Part shown: positions 51,519-59,533 of the stretch, one piece after another
Layout: every line of letters starts with the position of its first letter
Numbering within the stretch: position 1 is the stretch's first letter
IMG/VR virus record: IMGVR_UViG_3300007987_000009
DNA from: a virus
Strand: one strand, 5' to 3'
Length of the DNA: 64,000 nucleotides
Notes under the pieces: model-generated
What the model was told of the DNA's origin: nothing
Seen by the model: only the letters and a program-made list of their open reading frames with translations
Databases searched by the model: none
Translations under genes and position numbers: made by a program

Positions 51519-51802
51519 CAAGAAAACAAAGAAGACCCCGTCCTTCAGGGAAGGGGACAAATTCTAAAAATATTCACTACTTGACATAAACACTAGATAG
51601 TGGTACAATATCAAATATTCAGTATCGATAACCAAGTGCTGAATAATATTGTAAATATCTACCTTAAAAGCAGTAGAAAAAAGAACCGTAGGGCATACGG
51701 GGATAGCTTGCGGAGTCCGACATAAATCTAAAGTTCTTGTAGAGAACAATGTAGTGGACGATGAAACAAGAATCCTCTTCCTTTAGGGAGAGGAGAAGTC
51801 AA
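51519..51802 (+). mobile_element. Non-autonomous IS200/IS605-family mini-element (left end, promoter, omega-RNA-like right end)
   Basis: TTAT|CAAGAAA start, subterminal hairpins, tnpB-tail-like TVGHTGIACG, GTCAA end. Confidence 0.75.
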
Positions 51803-51804
51803 AT

Positions 51805-51880
51805 GGGGCCGTAGCTTAATTGGGAGAGCAGTTGCTTTGCAAGCAACAGGTTGTCGGTTCGATCCCGACCGGTTCCACCA
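51805..51880 (+). tRNA. tRNA-Ala(TGC)
   Basis: Cloverleaf, G3:U70, CCA. Confidence 0.95.
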
Positions 51881-51886
51881 TTTAAA

Positions 51887-51962
51887 GTAGGGTGAACTAG
51901 TGTGGTCATAGTGCTGGTCTGAAAAACCAGAAAAGTCGGTTCGATTCCGGCACCCTGCACCA
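51887..51962 (+). tRNA. tRNA-Phe(GAA)
   Basis: CTGGT-CTGAAAA-ACCAG, CCA. Confidence 0.92.
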
Positions 51963-51967
51963 AGTTT

Positions 51968-52128
51968 AAGATGTATGGTGATCGTTGTAAATTTTACTAA
52001 TAGTAATTAGATTGTTCTATTTAATCTTTTTAAGATTAAATTGAGAACAATAACACAATGCGATTTAAATGCGCCGTAGTGGGGAGCAGCCATACTTCTT
52101 TCTTTTAGGTGAGTAACTCAATAACCTA
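51968..52128 (+). ncRNA. Unnamed structured RNA candidate
   Basis: GTATGG/CCATAC, ATCG/CGAT, long inner hairpin. Confidence 0.5.
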
Positions 52129-52245
52129 TCAATTAGACCGTATAAATGGAGATAATACAGATAATAAGATAGAAAATTTGAGACTTCTCTGTCCTAACTG
52201 TCACTCCCAGACCGGTACATATGGTGAAAGGAATATTAAAACAAT

Positions 52246-52320
52246 GGGTGTATAGTTCAATGGAAGAACGGGTCCCTGTTAAGGACTTGGTTGGGGGTTC
52301 AAATCCCTCTGCACCCGCCA
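52246..52320 (+). tRNA. tRNA-Asn(GTT)
   Basis: Cloverleaf, GCCA. Confidence 0.92.
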
Positions 52321-52330
52321 AAAACAATTA

Positions 52331-52405
52331 GGGTGAGTAGCTCAGTGGCAGAGCATTCCGCTGTTAACGGAACGGTCGTCGGTTCGAACCCGACCTCGCC
52401 CTCCA
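52331..52405 (+). tRNA. tRNA-Asn(GTT), U73
   Basis: Cloverleaf, TCCA. Confidence 0.9.
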
Positions 52406-52593
52406 ATTTAAAATGTAACTAATAGCCCGACGCATCCGAAAGTAACATCGGACACAGATTGAGTTCAATGCGGAGCAATTGGTTGAGAGGAAGGAAGAGC
52501 CTTATATGATTTAAACACGCTGGTCCTCGCATGATCGTCCCGATGATAAGAGCAAAGATCGTTAATATTGTCGCCAGTGTCTAAGAATTCAAT

Positions 52594-52631
52594 GCCGGAT
52601 GATCTACGTGTGAATCCACGTACCGGCTCCA
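52594..52631 (+). ncRNA. CCA-ended tRNA minihelix-like element
   Basis: GCCGG..TACGTG-TGAATC-CACGTA-CCGGC-TCCA. Confidence 0.5.
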
Positions 52632-52635
52632 AATT

Positions 52636-52738
52636 GTTGCATTATTCTAATGTAAAGTGAAAACCGGTTAGTAGCTTTGCTTGGTAGGATGACAGCCAGA
52701 GGCTGTTGGCACAGGTTCGAACCCTGTATGCAACACCA
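52636..52738 (+). ncRNA. tRNA-like RNA without canonical D/anticodon arms
   Basis: GTTGCAT/ATGCAAC-ACCA, perfect T arm, two non-standard arms. Confidence 0.75.
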
Positions 52739-52748
52739 AATTAACAAT

Positions 52749-52825
52749 ACCGAGGTAGCTTAACTGTCTAGAGTCCCCGACTGTCACTCGGGTGGATGCG
52801 GGTTAGAATCCCGTTCTCGGTGCCA
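52749..52825 (+). tRNA. tRNA-Asp(GTC)
   Basis: CCCGA-CTGTCAC-TCGGG, GCCA. Confidence 0.9.
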
Positions 52826-52833
52826 AATTCGAA

Positions 52834-52909
52834 TGGGGTGAAACGCAAAGGGTTGAGCTGACTGGCTTTGAACCAGTCGTAGAGAGTTCGATTCTCTCCA
52901 CCCCGGCCA
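52834..52909 (+). tRNA. tRNA-Gln(TTG)
   Basis: ACTGG-CTTTGAA-CCAGT, GCCA. Confidence 0.88.
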
Positions 52910-52916
52910 CAACAAT

Positions 52917-52994
52917 GGAGCAGTAGTTTAATTTTGGTAAAATGCCTCCCTGTCACGGAGGATGATGCGGGATCATACCCCGTCTGTTCCGCCA
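52917..52994 (+). tRNA. tRNA-Asp(GTC)
   Basis: CCTCC-CTGTCAC-GGAGG, GCCA. Confidence 0.9.
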
Positions 52995-53003
52995 AATTTC
53001 AAT

Positions 53004-53081
53004 GCCCATCTAGCTAAACTGGATACAGCATTCGGCCACGAACCGAAAGAATTGGGAGTTCGAATCTCTCGGTGGGCACCA
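53004..53081 (+). tRNA. tRNA-Arg(ACG), C33
   Basis: TTCGG-CCACGAA-CCGAA, CCA. Confidence 0.9.
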
Positions 53082-53087
53082 AACAAT

Positions 53088-53169
53088 GTGGGGGTTGATC
53101 CTGTGTGATTGTTAGATGGATTTCTAGACCTGAAGGCGAACGACGGTGAGATTCCGTGTCCCTACACCA
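53088..53169 (+). ncRNA. Degenerate tRNA-like element
   Basis: GTGGGGG/TCCCTAC-ACCA, ACGG-TGAGATT-CCGT; anticodon arm unclear. Confidence 0.55.
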
Positions 53170-53186
53170 ACATCAATTATAACATT

Positions 53187-53265
53187 GGGGGCGCATGTTC
53201 CAAGGGATGGCGAGGTTGCCTTGCAAGCTACCTGTGGTCGGTTCGATTCCTGACCGTCTCCACCA
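53187..53265 (+). tRNA. Atypical tRNA-Ala(TGC)
   Basis: G3:U70, loop CTTGCAA, weak D arm, CCA. Confidence 0.8.
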
Positions 53266-53274
53266 ATTTTTTAC

Positions 53275-53303
53275 TTGACATGACTGTCATTTCAGTGTAT
53301 GAT
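53275..53303 (+). promoter_or_regulatory. sigma70 promoter
   Basis: TTGACA-17-TATGAT. Confidence 0.8.
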
Positions 53304-53344
53304 CTTAGTATCGATACATGGAGAAGAAAGTTTTTAAACAATTC

Positions 53345-53420
53345 GGGTCGTTGGCAGAATGGTTATGCACCGGACTCTTAATCCGTCATAATGGGGGTTC
53401 GATTCCTCCACGACCCACCA
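53345..53420 (+). tRNA. tRNA-Lys(CTT)
   Basis: Loop CTCTTAA, CCA. Confidence 0.92.
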
Positions 53421-53430
53421 AATTACCTTT

Positions 53431-53655
53431 ATGAAAAACAATCACAAACATCGAAAAAAATCTATGAAGAATCGGAATGGTAGAACTCATTACGAAAAAG
53501 GACATGGTATCTATACGATGGAAGGAAAAAATCCTTTGAAGATTCGACTTAAAGCTAAAAATAAATGTAAGAATAAGAATAGGAATAGGGGCGGTATAAA
53601 GGTAACACTTGCCGATATATGGCCAAAAAATACCGAGGACACGTTAGTGGATTAA
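53431..53655 (+). CDS. Small basic hypothetical protein
   Basis: 74-aa K/R-rich ORF. Confidence 0.4.
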   Translation: MKNNHKHRKKSMKNRNGRTHYEKGHGIYTMEGKNPLKIRLKAKNKCKNKNRNRGGIKVTLADIWPKNTEDTLVD

Positions 53656-53751
53656 CTATTGTAGATAAGGTCTGGTACTGCAACTAGCCTCTGATGCAAG
53701 CTAGATAACAGAGAACGGATTAACTTTACTACAGTAGCCCACTGACTCCTC
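53635..53751 (+). ncRNA. Rod-shaped structured RNA candidate
   Basis: GAGGA/TCCTC, GTTAGTGG/CCACTGAC, CTATTGTAG/CTACAGTAG. Confidence 0.55.
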
Positions 53752-53886
53752 ACAAATTAAATAATTTTGACTTGGCTAGTGAAGGAAAGTATACTTAATC
53801 GGGCCGACGAGCCTTTACTCCTCCCGAAGAGCGGTATCGTAAAGATATATGGACCGCCTATGTGTAGTGTCAAATATAATATAAAT

Positions 53887-53973
53887 GAAATGCTGGTTAG
53901 CCGAGTTTCTGTTTGATACGGCGATAGGTTAAGCTCGGTCTCGTCATAGAGAGATGCGCCGTTTCCAGATTTC
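53887..53973 (+). ncRNA. Pseudoknotted structured RNA candidate
   Basis: Three helices plus ACGGCG/CGCCGT. Confidence 0.5.
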
Positions 53974-53976
53974 AAT

Positions 53977-54052
53977 ACCCCCGTAGCTCAATGGGAAGAG
54001 CATGGTCCTTCTAAGGCCGTGGTTGCGGGTTCGAGTCCTGCCGGGGGCACCA
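53977..54052 (+). tRNA. tRNA-Arg(TCT)
   Basis: Loop CTTCTAA, CCA. Confidence 0.92.
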
Positions 54053-54060
54053 ATTTAAAT

Positions 54061-54162
54061 GGAGAGGTTATCCGAAAGATTCGGGGTAGCGGAGGCGATC
54101 TTGAAAATCGTTTGTTAGTGTAAAAAGCTGGCGTGTGGGTTCGAATCCCACCCTCTCCGCCA
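54061..54162 (+). tRNA. tRNA-Ser(TGA), enlarged D loop
   Basis: Loop CTTGAAA, long V arm, GCCA. Confidence 0.88.
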
Positions 54163-54172
54163 ATTTTACAAA

Positions 54173-54244
54173 GGGGCTGCTGTATGGGACAGGCTTGTGA
54201 TTTGCAATCACGATGGCGGGGATCGTTACCCCGTAGCTCCACCA
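54173..54244 (+). tRNA. Compact tRNA-Ala(TGC)
   Basis: G3:U70, loop TTTGCAA, T loop ATCGTTA, CCA. Confidence 0.82.
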
Positions 54245-54325
54245 AATTCAATGCTAATATGAACACATCAAACTTATACAGAGAGTTCGCAAATGTATAA
54301 ATAGAAACACATTAAGAAAGTTCTT

Positions 54326-55147
54326 ATGGAATATAGTAGGCATTATGAAACTCTTTGTGAACGAGCAAAGAATAGAAATTTAGAAGAATATACTGAAAAG
54401 CACCACATCATTCCTAGATGTATGGGAGGGACAGATGGTGGAGAAAATTTAGTTGACTTAACTCCGGAAGAACATTATGTGGCACATCAGCTTTTGGTTA
54501 AGATGCATCCGGATAATGGAAGTTTGATATATGCGGCTAATATGATGTCTGTGGATTCAAGTTGTACTAGTAGAAACAATAAGAGGTATGGTTGGCTTAA
54601 GAAAAAATACCAACAAGTGGCAAAAGCTCGCATAGGCCCCAAGAACGGCTCATACGGCAGAAGCTGGTATTATCACCCTGATACTAAACAAAATGGAAAG
54701 TTTTTGAAAGATCAACAGCCGAATGGCTGGATAAAGGGGAGAATTCTTCCCGAAAGCAAAAAAAGAAGATGGTTCTACAATCCGAAATCGTTGGAAGTAG
54801 TATATGTGTTAGAAAAAGATAAACCGGACGGATGGGAAAGAGGAAAAAATCCCAAAAAGCTCAAGAAAAAGCCTCAACCCGAGCCGAAGTTGATTAAAAA
54901 ATGTAAAAACTGTGGTAAAGACTTTGAACCAAAGAAGAAACAAGTAAAATACTGCATTGAATGCGGATACAAGACACATTCTAGAAAAAATCGAAAAAGA
55001 TTCAAAGAAAAAGAAATAGAGTTTTTGAATCTTATCAAATCGGGTGATAGCTTCTCTAACATCTTAAAAAAGCTGGGATATAAATCATATAACCTCCAGA
55101 ACGGGGTGGGAAAGTGGGCTAAAGAATTACTAGAAAGAAAAATATAG
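54326..55147 (+). CDS. HNH homing endonuclease
   Basis: EKHHIIPRCMGGTD..NLVDLTPEEHYVAHQLL; paralog of 48283. Confidence 0.9.
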   Translation: MEYSRHYETLCERAKNRNLEEYTEKHHIIPRCMGGTDGGENLVDLTPEEHYVAHQLLVKMHPDNGSLIYAANMMSVDSSCTSRNNKRYGWLKKKYQQVAKARIGPKNGSYGRSWYYHPDTKQNGKFLKDQQPNGWIKGRILPESKKRRWFYNPKSLEVVYVLEKDKPDGWERGKNPKKLKKKPQPEPKLIKKCKNCGKDFEPKKKQVKYCIECGYKTHSRKNRKRFKEKEIEFLNLIKSGDSFSNILKKLGYKSYNLQNGVGKWAKELLERKI

Positions 55148-55235
55148 GAAGGTAAACCAGACATGGGTTTGGAGCGACCTGCTAAGTCGATTGTCCCCCA
55201 ATGGGGATGTGGTTCGAGTCCACTGCCTTCCACCA
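55147..55235 (+). tRNA. tRNA-Ser(GCT)
   Basis: Loop CTGCTAA, V arm, CCA. Confidence 0.85.
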
Positions 55236-55248
55236 AATTATGATATAT

Positions 55249-55338
55249 GGAATGACGGAAACTGGCGTATCAAGCATCTTGGAAAGGTGTCCCTCGGCGT
55301 GAGTCGGGGTGTGGGTTCGACTCCCACTCATTCCGCCA
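55249..55338 (+). tRNA. tRNA-Ser(GGA), reduced D arm
   Basis: Loop TTGGAAA, long V arm, GCCA. Confidence 0.82.
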
Positions 55339-55344
55339 AACAAC

Positions 55345-55420
55345 AGGTGTCTAGCTCAATTGGTAGAGCAGCGGTCTCCAAAACCGCAGGTTGTGGGTTC
55401 GAGGCCCTCGGCACCTGCCA
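55345..55420 (+). tRNA. tRNA-Trp(CCA)
   Basis: GCGGT-CTCCAAA-ACCGC. Confidence 0.95.
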
Positions 55421-55484
55421 AAATTCTATTGACAGTATGATGTATACGTGTTATTATACAATAAACAAAATATTGGGATACATT

Positions 55485-55781
55485 ATGCCGTTCTCTGTAG
55501 TTAAATCGGACAATTCCGTCGAAGATATCGTATACCGACAGATAAAAATCTCTGGTTCAAAAATTTATGAGGTATATTTAGGAGAAGATCTTCTTGGCCA
55601 ATTACACCACCAACGCAACTCATGGACAGCCATAATCATGTATGATGGTTTTGATTCTAATACCGCACTAAGAATGGTTGAAGGATTTTCCACCAGATAC
55701 GATGGTGTGGCATATATGCTGTATGCCTTGGGGTTTTGGAGGCGTTATTCGATACACACACAGGACCCGTGCGTCCCATAA
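55485..55781 (+). CDS. Hypothetical protein
   Basis: ATG after TTGACA-17-TATTAT promoter. Confidence 0.6.
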   Translation: MPFSVVKSDNSVEDIVYRQIKISGSKIYEVYLGEDLLGQLHHQRNSWTAIIMYDGFDSNTALRMVEGFSTRYDGVAYMLYALGFWRRYSIHTQDPCVP

Positions 55782-55819
55782 TTACGTGTCAACGCGTTCT
55801 TGTGTATTAAATTTTTTAT

Positions 55820-56019
55820 CAAGAAAGCAAAGAAGACCCCTTCCTTCAGGGAGGGGACAAATTCTAAAAAAATATCTGCCTCAAAAGTGGTAGAAAAAAG
55901 AACCGTAGGACATACGGGAATAGCTTGCGGAGTCCGACATAAATCTAAAGTTCTTGTAGAGAACAATGTAGTGGACTGTGAAACAAGAATCCTCTTCCTT
56001 TAGGGAGAGGAGAAGTCAA
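55820..56019 (+). mobile_element. Second IS200/IS605-family mini-element copy (internal deletion)
   Basis: Near-identical to 51519-51802, same TTAT flank, lacks promoter segment. Confidence 0.78.
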
Positions 56020-56095
56020 GGGTCTGTAGTTTAATTGGCAAAACAGCGGACTTTTAATCCGCACGTTCTCGGATCGTACCCGAGTGGACCCACCA
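56020..56095 (+). tRNA. tRNA-Lys(TTT)
   Basis: GCGGA-CTTTTAA-TCCGC, CCA. Confidence 0.92.
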
Positions 56096-56116
56096 ATTTT
56101 TACAAAGGAAGTTGTT

Positions 56117-56392
56117 ATGAAATCATTAGAAGATCGATGTGCCGAAGCCATCCGTTTAGAAATTTTAAAAGAGTTTGAGGGAAAGCGATTTTCCAGAACT
56201 AATCAAGGGAATTTTTATTTGAATGAACATAGCGGGGGGTGCAGAGTAAAAGACGCTGAAGTTAGAATAGTTGAAGAGAGTCCATATGACTCTGATCACT
56301 GGTGTGATGTCACCACATTCAAAACCACACTGATATTGGAAAGTCTTAAAGGTAATAAGACGTATCGCTGCGAATATGATATTTTTTGTTGA
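56117..56392 (+). CDS. Hypothetical protein
   Basis: AAGGA RBS. Confidence 0.6.
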   Translation: MKSLEDRCAEAIRLEILKEFEGKRFSRTNQGNFYLNEHSGGCRVKDAEVRIVEESPYDSDHWCDVTTFKTTLILESLKGNKTYRCEYDIFC

Positions 56393-56432
56393 TAGAAAAA
56401 CCGTCTAAGATAATTAAATTTTGGAGAGAGTA

Positions 56433-56708
56433 ATGAAGAAAACGGTTGTTGGTAGAAAGGTAGAATTGGATTGTGAATGTTACTTGGACGAGGCGACAGA
56501 TTCTTTCTGGGGCTACGTAGACCATTGGCTTGAACAAAACAATATGACTAGATCGGATATTATAGGCACCCCGTATTTGTCGCTAGACACTATGAACTCC
56601 AAATATGAGAAGAGTACAGAATATCCCCGTCTCAATGCAGAGTTTCAAACTCTCGAAACGGATAAAGAGTTCAATACCAGAGTTGCGTCGGTAAAAATAA
56701 AAAAGTAA
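56433..56708 (+). CDS. Hypothetical protein, may continue to 56833 via A_AAA_AAG
   Basis: GGAG RBS; -1 frame open. Confidence 0.55.
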   Translation: MKKTVVGRKVELDCECYLDEATDSFWGYVDHWLEQNNMTRSDIIGTPYLSLDTMNSKYEKSTEYPRLNAEFQTLETDKEFNTRVASVKIKK

Positions 56709-56841
56709 TGCGAGCAAGTCGGTTGAAAGAATCGCGAGAGTCATACTTGGTTAAGAAAATGTACGACGAAATTTACTCTTACAATGAAGAAAAATATCGC
56801 GAGCTGCTTCAAAAGGAAGAAGCTACAGTATAAAAAACAAT

Positions 56842-56917
56842 ATCCCCATAGCTCAGCGGTCAGAGTTTCCGGTTTCGACCCGGAAGGTCGGGAGTTCGAA
56901 TCTCTCTGGGGACGCCA
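56842..56917 (+). tRNA. tRNA-Arg(TCG)
   Basis: TCCGG-TTTCGAC-CCGGA, GCCA. Confidence 0.9.
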
Positions 56918-57067
56918 AATAGTGTTCCAAAGTGTCTGTGAGCAGGGTCGCAGCGTGTAATTGACCGTACCATACGATAAGGGGTAGCCGGGGCGGAACT
57001 GGCAATATTTACTTGACGCACGTTACCATATTGTGTATAATTTGATATCTAATACGAAGGAACAACT

Positions 57068-57256
57068 ATGAAATTCAAAGAACTTGATGAGCCTATTGTC
57101 AGTAGCGATTTGTATTACGATTTGATGCAAGGCTATATCGATCCGGAAAAGTTACTGGAAAATCCGGAAATGGTCACTGCTGTAAAAGAGGCCATATACC
57201 TGCTAGGCCAGTTTTTGGATTTGGCAGAAGCAGAGGGCGTATTGGAGGTTGCTTGA
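57068..57256 (+). CDS. Hypothetical protein
   Basis: TTGACG-17-TATAAT promoter, AAGGA RBS. Confidence 0.65.
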   Translation: MKFKELDEPIVSSDLYYDLMQGYIDPEKLLENPEMVTAVKEAIYLLGQFLDLAEAEGVLEVA

Positions 57257-57257
57257 T

Positions 57258-57572
57258 ATGTCGCAACATACCCCCGATGGATGGGCAATCCTAGAGCAAG
57301 AACAACCAGACAAACGCAAAGAGTATTTTGTTTTTGGTAGCTGGAGCGGTAGTTATCTGTACGGAGATTCTTGGAGAGCCAACAGTGGCATCAAGAATGT
57401 CGAAGAAACTGATGATTCATACCTGTTTCATGGTTACAGTGGTAGTGTATACCGTTGTTCCAAGCATTCGGAGGGTCGCATCAGCGCTTATAACGTTGGG
57501 GTCATGACAGACCTTGCAGAGCGCAGTAACGCCAAAGTCGTAAAATACGATGATGTGAAGGAAAACTTTTGA
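57258..57572 (+). CDS. Phage hypothetical protein
   Basis: GGAGG RBS; WSGSYLYGDSWRANSGI. Confidence 0.7.
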   Translation: MSQHTPDGWAILEQEQPDKRKEYFVFGSWSGSYLYGDSWRANSGIKNVEETDDSYLFHGYSGSVYRCSKHSEGRISAYNVGVMTDLAERSNAKVVKYDDVKENF

Positions 57573-58138
57573 ACATTTTTGTTCTTTCAGAATGCCCAAT
57601 TGAAGCAGCACAATTCCAATGTAATGCTCATGTTGTCAAGATGATTCTGGAATCTGCTCAGATGCTTTCTACTGCGCATCGTATTCTTGATGGAGAGCTT
57701 TCTATCATTGAGAAGAACGGCAGAAAATGCAAGGTCTATACATTGAACGATGAACGTGATGGGCAGATGTACAAAGCCACCCACATCAATCATCCATGTT
57801 CGATATGGTGTCGAGAGTCAACCTCAAATTATGATTGGTTGTACAATCATTTCTTGATGCTTTGTGAAGAGTACCAATATCGCTACAACAAGATTCACAA
57901 GACTGATTCGTTGTTGGGAGAGATTCTAGCAACTCATCCAGATAATCTTCCTGAGCATGGGATGACACGATTTGCTTTAGCAATGCCAGATGAGTTTAAA
58001 ATGGATAATGTGGTAGAATCTTATCGTCTTTATTACTCTTCAAAAATTAAAGATTTCAAGATGGTTTGGAAGAACTCTGGCCCACCGGAATGGTTCAGGA
58101 TGTTGACGCTCTTAGATCAAGATTATAATATAACCTAA
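57569..58138 (+). CDS. Pyrimidine-dimer glycosylase (DenV)-like family protein
   Basis: NIFVL, HVVKMILESAQMLSTAH, THINHPCSIW. Confidence 0.75.
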   Translation: MNIFVLSECPIEAAQFQCNAHVVKMILESAQMLSTAHRILDGELSIIEKNGRKCKVYTLNDERDGQMYKATHINHPCSIWCRESTSNYDWLYNHFLMLCEEYQYRYNKIHKTDSLLGEILATHPDNLPEHGMTRFALAMPDEFKMDNVVESYRLYYSSKIKDFKMVWKNSGPPEWFRMLTLLDQDYNIT

Positions 58139-58151
58139 AAAGGACACAAAA

Positions 58152-58511
58152 ATGAAAATGTACTGTATATTCTCACGGGAATCCTTGAAAGCCATGAAAG
58201 GAATACGAGGAAAGATGGCTTCACAAGCTGGACACGCTTTTCTACATGCCTTTTGGGACAGTGAAGAACGCTATTTGTATGATGCAATTGAATATGCAGA
58301 ATCAATGAACGCAGTTAAGATAACTTGTGTCGTTGACACTCAAGAAGAATTGAAGAGGTTGTATCACACGCACCTAAACGTCTGTGGGGTTACTCAAGTT
58401 GTTGATAGCGCTTTTACGGTATTGGATGCTCCGATGTTGACATGTGTAGGTATTGGACCGATAAGAGATGAAGAGGCTGAAGAACTCAAAAAGCTGGAAT
58501 TATTGACATGA
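58152..58511 (+). CDS. Peptidyl-tRNA hydrolase, Pth2 type
   Basis: GKMASQAGHA, KIT, DSAFT, TCVGIGP. Confidence 0.88.
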   Translation: MKMYCIFSRESLKAMKGIRGKMASQAGHAFLHAFWDSEERYLYDAIEYAESMNAVKITCVVDTQEELKRLYHTHLNVCGVTQVVDSAFTVLDAPMLTCVGIGPIRDEEAEELKKLELLT

Positions 58512-58579
58512 GAATTGCCGCTGTTGTGGCGCTAGGTGGAGTACCAAAAAAGAATGAACACTAAGTACTAGGAATCGAT

Positions 58580-58804
58580 ATGAGCTATTTAAGCACTGAA
58601 AAAGCAGAAATTTTTTCTATACCGGGAAACAAAGATGAACATTGGGTCCGATTTGTTTACCGGGACACGGAAAAAAATAGATGTACTATATTTTTTTCTG
58701 TGTCCAATAGGGATCAGGCCAACGTTTGGGTTGATGCCCTGAACGCAGGTCTAACAAGAAACAGCGAAAAAACTTTTACAACACAGGTGACGAACAATGA
58801 TTGA
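58580..58804 (+). CDS. Hypothetical protein
   Basis: AGGA RBS. Confidence 0.55.
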   Translation: MSYLSTEKAEIFSIPGNKDEHWVRFVYRDTEKNRCTIFFSVSNRDQANVWVDALNAGLTRNSEKTFTTQVTNND

Positions 58805-59003
58805 CATAAAAGAAACAGTGAGAAGTGACGTACATTTCAGATACTTCCGTGATGGGGCCTTGTGGTATGAAACCTGTAATGGAGATTTGTTTCCGGTTCC
58901 GGTAGATGATGCGGGTTCTTCAACTTTCAACAGAGAGGAAAAAGGAATGTATCTGATGCGCTGGATGCGTAAATGGAACGAAAACCACAAAGAGGAAGAT
59001 TGA
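58797..59003 (+). CDS. Hypothetical protein
   Basis: Overlapping start; FPVPVDD..MRWMRK. Confidence 0.6.
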   Translation: MIDIKETVRSDVHFRYFRDGALWYETCNGDLFPVPVDDAGSSTFNREEKGMYLMRWMRKWNENHKEED

Positions 59004-59059
59004 ATGATATCTGTGAAAGAAGACCTTTTGATTTTTGGTTCATAGCTGGAGCTATTGAA

Positions 59060-59533
59060 ATGACAAACAAAAATACCATATTGTATTTTGATCTGGAAAA
59101 CACTCTCATTGAGCATTGGACTGATCAAAGACTTTGTTGGCAAAACAACAACAGGTCAATTTTTGACTACCATAATCACTCCAAAATTGGAATTTTTAGT
59201 TTTGCGTTGTGGTGTGATGAAAACATACAGACGTTTATCATCGACGGTATGATGGGCATGATTCAAGACGAATATGGGATTGAAATAGATGTGGATGAAA
59301 TCATTCACGTAAATGACATGATAGAAGCATACAACACAATCTCAGGCACAACAACCGAACATCCCGGAAGCAACAATAAAGTCATGTATTTCGAGGCTTG
59401 GTTGGACGTAAATTTGCCGCGCTTAGACGAATATGAGCATATTGCACTGGTAGATGACACCGCAGAAGAATGTATGATGTCATATGGACCTGAGAACAAA
59501 CATGTACACTACAGAAACCCGACAGTGATTTAG
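59060..59533 (+). CDS. HAD-like protein
   Basis: LYFDLENTL, ALVDD. Confidence 0.5.
   Translation: MTNKNTILYFDLENTLIEHWTDQRLCWQNNNRSIFDYHNHSKIGIFSFALWCDENIQTFIIDGMMGMIQDEYGIEIDVDEIIHVNDMIEAYNTISGTTTEHPGSNNKVMYFEAWLDVNLPRLDEYEHIALVDDTAEECMMSYGPENKHVHYRNPTVI

Noticed and set aside
52515-52585. HDV-like (theta) or hammerhead ribozyme at TCCTCGC/CGATGA
   Set aside because: Could not build the required P3/P1 helices or the CTGANGA-GAAA core.
52133-55484. ORF-track entries overlapping tRNAs (52133, 52768, 53109, 53988, 54874, 5' part of 55191)
   Set aside because: Shadow translations of tRNA genes.
55678-56003. ORFs within the mini-element as real genes
   Set aside because: Only a tnpB-tail-like remnant; no RBS or nuclease domain.
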